This document shows, piece after piece, positions 1 through 12,126 of a stretch of DNA of 64,000 nt (position 1 is its first letter; each line of letters starts with the position of its first letter). The position numbers and the translations under genes were made by a program. Origin of the DNA: Eledone cirrhosa. Lineage: Eukaryota. Below the pieces are notes generated by a model. That model saw nothing but the letters and a program-made list of their open reading frames with translations, ran no database searches and was not told the origin of the DNA. The DNA lies in the NCBI GenBank assembly GCA_964016885.1, contig CAXHJY010001390.1, forward strand, positions 1 to 64,000, in the 5' to 3' direction.

Positions 1-960
1 GGGCGAGAAAAGATGCAGTCGCTAACGCTTTCTTCACTTTCTCAAAATCTGCCAGGTGCGTTGCATTTAATGAAATGTTCATATTCTTCTGTCGACAGTT
101 TTTAAAAATTTCTGTCAACGAGGACAGTAAGCTGGAACAATTAGGCACGAATCGCCTATAAAAATTCACAAGGCCCAAGAATTGCCGTAATTGTCGAAGC
201 GAACTTGGCGGAGGCAAATCCAAAATTGCCTTAACTTTTTCCGGAAGGGGCCGAATACCATCAGCATCAATAAGATGGCCCAAACATGTTAGCGATGTCG
301 AGCCGAAAACACACTTAGCGGCATTAACACGAACATTATATTTCTGTAAACGCCGAAATAAGATATCCAAATGTTTGGAATGTTGTTCAGGAGAAGAACT
401 AGCAATCAGTACATCATCGATATACGTGTAAACAAAATCGAGACCACGAGTGACATCATCCATGAATCGTTGGAAAGTACGTGCAGCATTTCTAAGTCCG
501 AAAGGCATAGTGAGGAACTCGAATGATCCGAAAGGAGTGGCAATAGCAGTCTTTGGAATATCCTCCTTTTTAACCGGAATTTGATTATAAGCGCGGATCA
601 AATCAAGCTTAGAAAAGATTCTGCAACCCTGCAATGACGATGCAAAATCCCGTAAATTCGGGATTGGATAACGGTCAGGCACAGTAATCGCGTTTAAGCG
701 TCGGTAGTCACCCGTTGGTCTCCAATCACCAGAAGATTTAAGTACCATATGCAGAGGCGATGCCCAAGGACTTGTGGAACGCCGAATTATTCCTAATTCC
801 AGCATGTGGTCGAATTCAAAACGTGCAGCTTTCAACTTCTCTGCAGATAATCTTCGAGGACGTGAGAAAACGGGTGGACCTGTAGTGGATATAAAGTGTT
901 CAATCACATGATCCGGACTAGCAATTCGTAATCTTCCTTGCGTCAGCTGTGGGAATGATT
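1..960 (-). pseudogene. pol: Gypsy pol, reverse transcriptase region (partial)
   Basis: Minus-strand translation gives [47 protein letters not shown] (~795-660) and YTYIDDVL (~430-408). Confidence 0.92.
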
Positions 961-2219
961 TTAACAAACTGTGATACTGGTTGCCCACTTCAGCCAAGAA
1001 AAAAAAGGGCTTACTGTGGCGATCTCCGGCTTTGAACCCTCGAACGATAGGCCTGTATTAGCATCAAAAAGTCGTTGTCTGCAGATGTCAATCGACAAGG
1101 AAAAATGGTGGAGGAAATCCGCTCCCAAAATGGCGTATGGCAAGTCGGCGATAGTAAACTTCCACTTCAATTCACGACGCAAATTTTTAAACCGAAGAGG
1201 AAGCGAAATTTGCCCGACGTTCGAATGGCCGTGTTGTTGATTGCTCGTAAATTGATATTTGATTCAGATGGGTTTTTTTTAAGATAACTGACTGGCCAAA
1301 TACTTAGTGACGCGCCAGTCTCGACAAGAAAACATTTTTTTGACTGCAGATCGTACACAAAAAGATGACGGTTTGGTCGAGTTTCCCAGAGTTCACTAGC
1401 CGCCCCTAGTGGCTCTGATTGGCGTTTTTCCGAACTCCTATAGTTGCAAGGCGCCCGACTGCCAAAGTTAACATGATACCAACAAATCGAAGAATTACTG
1501 CTGCCTGAAGTGTAGTGTTGGCGAGGAACAGAAGACGGTGGCGAACGGTAGTCGTAGCGGTTTCGAGGAATTGCAGACGGAGGCGAACGGTACCTTAAAC
1601 GTTGAGAAGGCTCTCTATGTTGTACAGTCAAATCTTCTATCTTTTTGGTGAGAGCTTCAATCAACTCCAACATTTTTTTGTCGGCCACAGAAGAATTGCG
1701 TGGGGGGACGCAAGCTGAAGCCACATAAGGATTATGCCGATTGTTGTTCGAGTCCACCTCAAGTATCCTATCGGCGGACGCGGCAAGTTGCTCTAACGAC
1801 TCCCTCTCCAAACTATTAACCAAAATCCTTTGCGCACTTGGCGGTAAACGTGAGAAAAAGAGCTGCTTTATGAAGGGGGTGTCAATCCCCTGTGAGTCGC
1901 TCAACTCCCGCAAATGTCGCAAATAGGAGCTCGGCTTCCTGTCACCCATTTGAGCATTGTCCAACAACTCCTGAAAACGATTCTCTACCGACTTTGTATT
2001 TCTCCGAAGAATTTCGTTTTTTAATGAGCCGTAGGTAACGTCGGGGTCCAAATCTGTCACAACGTCCTTCACCGAGAATGCCAAGGAAACAGATAGGCCA
2101 TTGATCAGGACCTTCAGCTTTTGCTGTTCTTTTGTCTTGGTTAATTCAAATAAACATTCCAGCTGCGCAAACCACAACTTGATGTCGCCTGCGAAGGACG
2201 GCAAATGATGTTGACTCAT
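961..2219 (-). pseudogene. gag: Gypsy gag and aspartic protease, split by a frameshift
   Basis: ORF 1167-2219 has LPSFAGDIKLWFAQLE, MGDRKPSSYLRHLR, CWYHxxFG and LVETGAS (catalytic DTG changed to ETG). ORF 961-1182 has the protease C-half, AILGADFL. Confidence 0.88.
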
Positions 2220-2560
2220 GGTGCCACGTATTTGATGAATTTTTGGTGTTGGTTAATAGTTAGCCAGGTGTTGCTGCTGATGGTTGGTACTTGGTGGTAG
2301 CCGTTTTGAAATACTGCTAATCTGTTTTCTTTAAAAATAAATTCTAAAGAAAATTTGATTAAAAAAAAATAATCATTTTCCATGAAAGTTATGACAGAAA
2401 TATTGTGCAGGCCGCGTGCTTCAACAAATGGAATATTATGAATTTTATGGACTTACGCTAAATGAGTCTAGCTACCCGATTCGAACATTCCAAATGTTAA
2501 GCCACTCCACATTGCCGTTAAAACGAATGGCGAATTCAAATAGGCTTCGTTTTCATACTT

Positions 2561-2578
2561 AATCGTCGAAGGTCACCA
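2561..2578 (-). promoter_or_regulatory. Primer-binding site, tRNA-Trp-like
   Basis: Minus strand reads TGGTGACCTTCGACGATT, an imperfect match to the complement of the eukaryotic tRNA-Trp 3' end (TGGTGACCCCGACGTGATT). It lies between the LTR and gag. Confidence 0.65.
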
Positions 2579-2580
2579 AT

Positions 2581-3200
2581 TTAGGGAATTGGTCACAGGG
2601 TTATTTACTTTGGTAAACGCCACTGCCGGCCAACCACTAATTAAATTCGATACCGATATAATAAGGTTAACAAACTTACTCGTGAGTGAACTGACGGAGA
2701 GCCGGTCGCCAAATAATCAGCATGGTAAATTAAATGTTATTGAGACACGAGTAACATAATAATGATGTCAACAGCAGAAATTAGAGATGAAATGTATGTT
2801 TATTTTTGTTGTAGCACAAATAATTGTTTCTACTTTAGGCACAAGACCAGCAATTACCCAGTGCATTACTGGTACTTTATTTTATCGACCCCGTAAGGAT
2901 GAAAGGCAAAGTCAACCTCGGCGGGATTTGAACTCAGATCGTAAAGGGACTTGGTTAACTTGTATGGTTGAAGTTACACATAAAAACGAGGTTACAAAAG
3001 GGAATGTGTCATTGCGCCGGAAAGTCGGCAGGTTAAGGTGCAAAATCTCACCGTCACATGTACGTGTTGCTGGTTCGAAGTCCCCGGTGCGAGAGAAAGA
3101 TTTTCTTCAAATCTTCGCGGGTAATTGGCGCTGATTGGCTGAGCTGAGCCAAATCACGCACAGAGAATGCATGTGAGCCCGCGGAATGTAGGTCACTACA
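2581..3200 (-). repeat. Probable 5' LTR of the Gypsy element, with a SINE inserted
   Basis: Begins TGTAGTG on the minus strand at 3200 and ends ...CCCTAA just before the PBS. The partner LTR is not in the window. Confidence 0.55.
2820..2945 (-). mobile_element. tRNA-derived SINE fragment (octopus OK-like)
   Basis: Minus strand reads GAGTTCAAATCCCGCCGAGGTTGACTTTGCCTTTCATCC, a B-box plus body. A homologous copy lies at 51458-51575. Confidence 0.7.
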
Positions 3201-3660
3201 AATGGACTAGGGAATTAAAATGGTGAGAAGAGTGAAGAAATATTTGTACGTTACATTACACCGTGATAGCAGCCTAACCTGTCTAGGGTTGGCGATTTTT
3301 GAGGTTTCGTACTTACAGGATTTATTTTATATTTGGAGAGAGAGGAAGGGATTGGCGGCGAACCAGCATGATATAGAGGGGGGGGGGTGAACATAGGAGG
3401 GAGCGAGAAGGTTAAGGTTTAAATAAGTTCTCGTATTTTGGGCATAATTTAACAAGCATAAAACAATAATAAAAGATTTGTTTTGAAAAATACGCTAGAA
3501 TTATCGAATAGAAAAGCAAAGATTGGATTCGGGGAGAAATGATACAGAATGATAAATGGACTAGGGAATTAAAATGGTGAGAAGAGTGAATAAATATTTG
3601 TACATTACATTACACCGTGATAGCAGCCTAGCCTGTCTAGGGTTGGCGATTTTTTTTTTT
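3201..3660. repeat. Non-coding unit with ~100-bp direct terminal repeats (3201-3300 / 3555-3655)
   Basis: AATGGACTAGGGAATTAAAATGGTGAGAAG... occurs twice. Related sequence at 28215-28465 (TTTTGAAAATACGCTAGAATTA). Confidence 0.7.
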
Positions 3661-3661
3661 T

Positions 3662-3844
<183 letters not shown>

Positions 3845-4400
3845 AGTATGTATGTATAGGTACATACATATATGTATACAGACGTACAGTAGCATGTATA
3901 TATATACATACAGGCACACATATATATATGCACGTATCAGTTTACCGAACATTTATTATAATGCTCGGTTTGTTCGTTTGTAAACAAACAAACAGCCTGA
4001 ATTACGCCGTACAGTGTTTAGGCAACCACGTCACCTTTTTGTTCAACACTGACACAGGAACGATGTACTAGTTCCAAGCTTATTAGCTATCGTCAGCACC
4101 GTATACCTTTCTGCCAGATGGTTGAACGTCCGAAATTATATACGGTGCTGACGATAGCTAATAAGCTTGAAACTAGTACATCGTTCCTGTGTCAGTGTTG
4201 AACAAAAAGGTGACGTGGTTGCCTAAACACTGTACGGCGTAATTCAGGCTGTTTGTTTGTTTACAAACGAACAAACCCAGCATTATAATAAATGTTCGGT
4301 AAACTGATACGTGCATATATATATGTGTGCCTGTATGTATATATATACATGCTACTGTACGTCTGTATACATATATGTATGTACGTATACATACATACTT
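3845..4400. repeat. Near-perfect inverted repeat, ~260-bp arms and ~33-nt spacer (PLE-type inverted pseudo-LTR)
   Basis: 3845-4105 is the reverse complement of 4139-4400 with only a few mismatches. Confidence 0.92.
4142..4184 (+). ncRNA. Minimal type-I hammerhead ribozyme
   Basis: ACGGTG-CTGACGA-T-AGCT-AATA-AGCT-T-GAAA-CTAG-TA-CATCGT. The mirror copy at 4060-4102 (-) has GGAA instead of GAAA. Confidence 0.8.
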
Positions 4401-4461
4401 ACATTTAAGTAAGTGCCGTACTAAGAGTGAGAAATGAAATTTCGTTTCATTCTATTCAATT

Positions 4462-4660
<199 letters not shown>

Positions 4661-4968
4661 AACTTTGAATAACTTTGAAATGTTTTGGCCAGTATTGGCC
4701 CAGGCCATGTCTAACTTAATAGCACCACCTGGCGAAGTCTTTCAATTCAGGATTTGGGCACCATGGCCCATTCGAGAAGAGAATTACTGTTTGCGGAGTG
4801 TGGGTGGTTTGTCCGGGATTACTTGGAGGAATTTGTCCAAAGACTTCTTGAATTTTGTGTGGTCAGTTTCTGTTTTGACGTGTCCTGGTGTGATGTTGAA
4901 GAGAGCAGGGCCGATTGAGGTGAAATAATTGTGCCGATTGAGGTGAAATAATTGTTATGAGTTGCGAT

Positions 4969-7767
4969 TTAGATTTTTGAATGGGACGGATAGCACGGGG
5001 CCCAGAGCCTTGGGTGTATCTTGAAGGCGATGCCAACATCATTTGGGCAGTGATGATGGAACATTTTCCACATCATGCAGATAATATAACGCTCACGGCG
5101 ACGTTGGAGTGAGTAAAGTTTCAGGTTTTCTAATAGACCCCAGTAGTCAAGGTCTGACATGCCATCTATCTTTTTCGTGATTGCCCTTTGAGGAGCTTCA
5201 AGTTTCATGATACTTTGTTTCGTGTGGGGAGACCACAGGGGACAACAGTATTCAAGGTGTGGTCGGGCAAAAGTAGAGAAGAGAAGGATAATGGTGCGGG
5301 AATCTCTCGACTGGAAGGTTCTGAGGATCCAGGAACACATTCTGCGGGCCATGTCAACTTTGCTGCTTATATGCGTGGTCCAGCTTATGTTGCTGTCCAC
5401 GGTTACTCCCAAGTCTCTGATGTTGGTAGATGCCACGAGAGTTTCCCCGGAGGGAAGGGAGTACGGGAGTTTCAGAGCATCCTCTTTTCCAAAGTGGATC
5501 AGTTCGAATTTGTCTTCGTTCAGTAAGATGTTGTTCTTTTCCGCCCATTGGGTAACAGCCAGTAGGTCTGACTGAAGGCTTATCCGGTCATCCACGCCAT
5601 TGATGACCTTTTGGAGCTTGGAATCATCAGCGAAAATTTTAATGTTGCTGTGTTTGATGATGTCAGTGATGTCATTAATATAGATGATGAAGAGAAGTGG
5701 GCCCAACACAGTGCCTTGTGGGACCCCACTACTGACTTTGGCTGGGCTGGATTTGACTCCCTCAACTACAACATGTTGGGTTCTGTTTGACAGGAAGCTC
5801 TTGATCCACTGCAGCAGCTTTCCAGTGACACCAATATTGGACAGCTTTCTCAGTAGAATGTTATGATCAACCCTGTCAAAGGCCTTGCTGAAATCAAGGT
5901 AGATAACATCAGTGTTGGAACCCTCTCCCAAGGCTCTCAAAATGTCATCAAAGTGATGCAGTAGCTGCGTCAGGCAATCCCTTCCATTACGGAATCCATG
6001 CTGGTTGGAGTTCAGCATATTGTTACTCTCAAGGAAGTGAGTCATTCGCGATCTCACCACTCTCTCAAATACCTTAATGATATGAGAGGTGAGTGAGATT
6101 GGACGGTAATTCACGGCAAGGGATTTGTTTCCCTTTTTGAAAACTGGGACAACAGACTGGGATAGAAGGTTTTCTGGCACATATCCAGCATCCAGTGAGT
6201 TCCGCCACAGATTGGCAAGAGGAGATGCAAGTTGGTGTTGACACGCCTTCAAGACACAAGCAGGGAACCTATCGGGACCTACTGCTGAATTATGCTTGAT
6301 TTCCTTTATTGCCGCCAAGACATCAGGGGCGCCAAACGTTATGTCCGATAAGGTGTAATGGGGAGTAACATCGCCGATACAGCCCAGATCGGCCATATCA
6401 GGATTGCTAAAAACAGAGCAGTATTGTTTCTGCAGTATCTCACCCATGGTTTTAGCATTGTCTTGAAGAGTGCCATTTTCATCAATTAGAGGGCCAACAG
6501 TAGAGCCAGTGATTTTGTGTTTTTTTGCAAATGAAAAGAGCACTTTGGGATTGAGTTTGATCTTCTCAATGGCCCAGGCCTCTTCAGCTCTTCTCTGATT
6601 GTTGATGAGGGACATTATGCTGTTTTGGAGGTTATGTTTTTTAATCTCTAGTGATGAAATGGCAGTCAAGTTGATGTGTTGCTGCTGACAGTATTTCAGC
6701 TTGTTGATTTTTTTGTTCGTTCTCTTAATTTTTCTGATGAGCGTTTTTCTATTTCTAGGGATTCTGCTCTTAGATTTGTTTATAGTTCTTAATGGGGTGT
6801 GTTTAGCACATATGTTTGTAACAGTGTCCACAAATGTCTGCCAGGACTTTTTGATGTTAGTGGGTGTATGAGTGTGCGTGAAGGACCAGTCGACATGTGC
6901 AAGATCATGACTGATCGCTTCCCAGTTTGCATTGTGGAAATCCATAGCGTCAAACGGATGGACAGGAGAGATGACATTGGGTTTGTATATTGGACGGTGG
7001 AATCTCAGATCACAGATAACCATGTCATGATCAGAGAGTAGAGTTTTCTCCACTGCAATATTGTGGATATTGTCAGTGTGATTGCTGAAAATTAAGTCTA
7101 GGACGTTTTTGTGGCACCTCGTTGGTTCGAGCACCAGTTGGGATAGGAAGAAATCATCCATGAAGTCAAGAAGCGATTCCACAGCTTCCCTGTCAGAGGT
7201 TGAGGCAGAAGAACCTGGTGGCAGGCTGTTTGTGGACCAGTCAACTCCGGGGAGTTTGAAGTCCCCCATCATTAAGATGTTGTCAGGGTGACACTCTTGG
7301 ATGAAACACTTTATGCTGTTGAAGCATTCCTTGAAGCATGGTACAGGCGTTTGGGGTGGCCTATAGAGCCCAACTACTAATAGGTTGTTGGTTTGACTGA
7401 ATACAGTGACTGCCTCACAGTATCCATTAGTGAATATGTTCATAGCCTCTGTTGAGAAAGAATTATGGACATAAATGGCAGTTCCGCCCTTTCTTCTGCC
7501 AGCGCGATCAGCACGGATGGCTTTGAAATTTTTCACTTTCACCTCGGCTTCCAAGTGGAGGTTACTGAGATGGGTTTCAGTGAGGACGAAGAAAGGGATG
7601 TGGTTTGGATGGACATCAATCCAGTCCTCCAGGAATTTGATCTTCCATTTTTGAGTATTGGTGGAAGGGCTGATGCCTTGGGCGTTAAGCAAAAATGTAG
7701 AGGCGAGAGTGGATGGTTTTAATTGTTTTGGTGTGTTGTTAATTTGTTTGTTTGTTAATGGCAGCAA
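4969..7767 (-). pseudogene. LINE ORF2 (APE endonuclease + RT), frameshifted near the C-terminus
   Basis: Motifs LTETHL, YRPP, SDHD, NYRPISLTS, DFSKAFDRV, GVPQGTVLGP, FADD. GDFK replaces the GDFN of copy 2, and there is a frameshift after HPRL. Confidence 0.93.
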
Positions 7768-8945
7768 TGGGAGTTTGTGCAGTGGGGTGATAGTGGAGGG
7801 TGGTGCTGGGTGATAGCTCGAATGTTTTTTTCCAGTACTTTTGCCAGATTCATTATGGCTAAAAAAGAGGAAGAAGTTTCCTGTTTAGAAGACTGTTGGT
7901 GACTGTGGTAGTGGTTATTTTTATGTAGGTTATGGTTTTTGTTTTTGTTTTTATTTTTAATTTTATTTTCATTTGTCCGACGGGTCCCCGGGAGATGGGT
8001 AAAGGGACAATCCCGGTCTAAACACAATCTGTCTCGCAGGGAAAAGCGGCAGATTTGTGGATTCCTTGTTTGAGTTATTGGTGGTTGTGTTGGTGTTAAA
8101 TTAGAGTATGTATTATGGTGGTGGCTGTTTGTGGGGATAGATCGTTTTGTCCTAGGTAAATGGGTGAATTTGCAGCCACTATCCGTACATATTCTATAGC
8201 GTAGAGAGTAGCGGCAAATGATGGGGTTTCGAGTGGGTGGGTATGTGGGTGTGTGTGTTGTGAGAGGTGTAGATGATGGTTTGGGTAGGATTTGACGACC
8301 TTTGTGGACTGTGGGAGGGAGAGTTCTTGTTCTGGTATTAAAAGGTAAATTCCTTGACATAGCAGTAGACAAAAATGTTGTAGTAGTAGTAGTAGTAGTA
8401 GGCAGAGATGTTGGCAGTGGTGATGATTGGACTGCTGGGCCAGAGAAAGGATGTGGCGTTTCATGCTGTGAGACAGAGGCTACTGGGGGGTCAATAGTTT
8501 CATTTAGTAGATCGGCCATTGTTGATGAATCAAGGAGTGGTTCACACTGTTGTTGTCGTTGTTGTTGTTGCTGTGGTTGATGTTGTTGTTGTAGCTGTTG
8601 TTGTTGTTGTTGCCGTTGTAGCTGCTGTTGTTGTTGTTGCTGCTGCTGGACAGCATTCGAAGAAAAAACACACCGTAGTTTATCCAAATGTTTCTTGATT
8701 AATTTAAAAGCAATTTCGATTTGCTTTAATTTATTTTGAATCTATTGTTCAGATCGAGTTTTCAAAAGTTGAACTGTACGTTTAGCAATGTCGTTCAGAG
8801 ATGAAGCATCTATATCTTCTGTTTGGGTAAGGCAATGCCATGTGTTTATTAGAATGTCGATTTCATTATCAGACCAGTTCTGTTTGGATTTTTGCTGGTT
8901 AGCCATTCTAGTTTTGAGTGTGTGTGTTTTAGTTAAGTATTTCAA
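7755..8945 (-). pseudogene. LINE ORF1: Myb/SANT-like N-terminus, polyQ, Pro/Thr-rich linker, two CCCH fingers; one in-frame TAG at 8742-8744
   Basis: ORFs 8742-8945 and 7755-8687 are in the same frame; read-through gives KTRSEQ*IQNKLKQI. Fingers are CRYSLRYRICTDSGCKFTH and CRFSLRDRLCLDRDCPFTH. Confidence 0.75.
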
Positions 8946-9179
8946 TATATATATATTTTTTTTAAATTTATTTTTGATTTATTTTTGTTTTTTGTTTTTC
9001 TTCTGTGTGAGTGAGAAGAGTATATATATAAATATGAGTATATATATATATATATGTATATTCTGGTTATTTGAAATTAATTAAGTTAATGAAAAGACGA
9101 AAGTATATAATAATAATTTGTAGTTAAAGGAAAATGTACTCACAAGTTCGAAAACACGTGGTTTCAAATATATAATAAT

Positions 9180-9750
<571 letters not shown>

Positions 9751-10079
9751 TTGTTCTTCTTTTTGGTAAATATCATCTTGGTTAAGAGAGTGGGACTGGC
9801 TTCGTGCAGTGCCTTTGCTCACTATAAAAGCTTCACGGCACAGGCATTGCTTTAAATCTGGAGATCTTTCTGCGCTTGTCCTCACATGGTACCATGGGCC
9901 CAGCACCATGTGTCAATAATTGTCACAAGTGTAGTGTTTGTACCAGAGTTTTCAAATCGCTGGCTGGACTAAAAAGTCACACTCGTTCAGCGCTTCGGTA
10001 GGGGTTCTCCTACATGGATATAAAGTAGTGGCCGTACTCGAAAACGAGCTGGCAGCCACCATATATATATATATGTATA

Positions 10080-10167
<88 letters not shown>

Positions 10168-10168
<1 letters not shown>

Positions 10169-10905
10169 CGGCGATGAATTAGTTTTGCGAGGTTTTTGTT
10201 ATGAAATCGTGTGTCGAAACAAATATTGTTATACTTGGGGAGGGTCATGTTTGTGTAATATTGCCAGAATTAATAACAGAACACACTCACTGTTTGGTTG
10301 GTTTTCGCCTTTCGCTTCTGTATTTTTTATATCGGTAATCTAATTTATTCGGTCCTCAATGTTGCCATTGACTGACCAACGGTCAAAAATAATACAGATA
10401 CAATATAGACACAAACACATATATATAGTTTATCAAAGTTCTTTCGTTGCACATCTGCAACATCGTCAGTGGTGCTATTGTTTCCTCCCTTTGCATTGTA
10501 TTTTCTGCGCCATTTTTATTTAGTCTGTTTTTATATTTATTTATTTGTTTATTTTATTTTGTCTTCTTTGCGCATGCGTTTGCGTGTGTGTATAGTGTTT
10601 TGTTTGATGTGTGTTCGTGATTGGGTGACTGTATTGGTTAATGTATTCTATCTTTACTAGTGTGTGTTTATATGTGTTTGTTATTATTGTGCTTGTGTAT
10701 GTATTTATTTATTTATTTATATATTTATTTATTTATACTTCTCTTAGGTCAGTGTTGTTTGTTTGGGTGTTGTTGTTATGAATTAGATTACCGATATAAA
10801 AGACACAGAAGCGAAAAGCGAAAACCAACCAAACAGTGAGTGTGTTCTGTTATTAATTCTGACAATATTACACAAATATGCCCCCCCCCCCAAGTATAAC
10901 AATAT
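10168..10905 (-). mobile_element. PLE pseudo-LTR remnant with an inverted segment; relative of the 39110-44827 family
   Basis: Encodes [22 protein letters not shown] (compare [22 protein letters not shown]). 10222-10345 is inverted at 10780-10903. Confidence 0.8.
10432..10473 (-). ncRNA. Hammerhead motif with weak stem I
   Basis: ACCA-CTGACGA-T-GTTGCA-GATG-TGCAAC-GAAA-GAAC-TT-TGAT. Confidence 0.6.
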
Positions 10906-10964
10906 ATATATATATATATATACATATGTATATATATATATATATATATATACATATATATATG

Positions 10965-11021
<57 letters not shown>

Positions 11022-12079
11022 GTATATATATATATGTATATATATTGGAAAATGTGTGTAATCCTTGGTACAGTTAGGTATATTAAGACAGGGTGGGAAG
11101 AAAAAATGGCTTCACTTGTGCTTTCAACAAATTTATTTTCTTCACAAAATCCAAAAAGAATCTTTTTCCGGATTAGAAAAAAAAATTTTCTTAGAAAAAA
11201 TTATTTTATAAATTAAGTTGTTGGTTGTTGGTTAGGTCTTAGGAGTTCTTGGTTCACGTAGGAGGTATTGTTTCGTTTTTAGAACGACCTTTCACGCTGA
11301 GGTGCGCTTGTCAAACTGATGTGTATGTGGTGTGTTGTTCTATATATAGGGATTTAACATGTCTGTGGTGTGGTGGGGGTTTCTTTTCTCTCCCTTAAGT
11401 GTATGGGTGTAGGTGTGTTGAAAAAGTGTTAATAGCAGTAATGAGTTGAGACGGTGAGTAGGGTTGGGTGGGGAGAAATGTAGCAAGTGCGGCCTGCCCC
11501 GGTCATTCTCGAAAAATTCCTTTATTCAGGGGAAAAAAGCTTTTAGTATTCCTTTTGTGTTGAGAATGGTCACAGGCGAATCGCACCTGCTAAGTTTGTA
11601 AATAATTATTTTTTTATTTTTTTCTGAAGAATTTTTCTACGTCCATCCCAAAATTAGTCCTTTGTTCAACTACACACATATGTGCGTATATACGTACATA
11701 CACACACGGGCATATGTAGGAATATATAGGCACACACCAATCACACACCCATGTACAAATACATCCACATACATACACAAAAACATATAGAGACACATAT
11801 AAAAACACATATACACATACGTACACACACGAATATGTACTCATACCTCCACATGGGTATATATATATATATATATATATATATGTAGGAGGTGACACTA
11901 TACACACACGCAATATATATATATATATATATATATACTTAGGTTAATAGGAGTTAGGTATTGTATACCCGTGTCCCATTAAGGTATTGGCAGCATAATA
12001 ATTAGCTCTATGCTTTGGAGCAGAGCCGTATATATGAAAAAGAACACAAGAGCGTCTACAACATCAAAAGATTTTTATT

Positions 12080-12126
12080 GGCTTACAATGTTTCTTCCTT
12101 ACGTAACCGTAGGATTCGTCAGATCT
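12080..12126 (-). ncRNA. Degenerate hammerhead motif at the end of a decayed PLE-type insertion
   Basis: CTGACGA-ATCCTACG-GTTA-CGTAAGGAA-GAAA-CATTG-TA; stem I pairs poorly. Confidence 0.5.

Larger units (their letters stand above)
1..3200 (-). mobile_element. Ty3/Gypsy LTR retrotransposon (Mag-like gag), 5' part, frameshifted; continues off the window
   Basis: Order on the minus strand is LTR, PBS, gag, protease, RT. RT motifs are readable (see sub-features). Confidence 0.92.
4661..9170 (-). mobile_element. CR1/L2-group non-LTR retrotransposon, near full-length, copy 1
   Basis: Has ORF1, an APE-RT ORF2 and a 3' tail TTCAAAGTTATTCAAAGTT abutting (TA)n. Nearly identical to 46749-50198. Confidence 0.93.

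Noticed and set aside
5188-7722. Short antisense or alternate-frame ORFs over LINE ORF2, also seen in copy 2
   Set aside because: Shadow ORFs; they recur only because the two copies are near-identical.
10026-10060. GC-rich hairpin GGTGGCTG...CGGCCACT at a TA junction (minus strand) as a ribozyme or tRNA
   Set aside because: I could build only a simple stem-loop, with no pseudoknot or cloverleaf.
11262-11302. Possible hammerhead in the pseudo-LTR of the two-ORF PLE (GTGAAAG...GAAAC)
   Set aside because: The core deviates and stem I does not pair.
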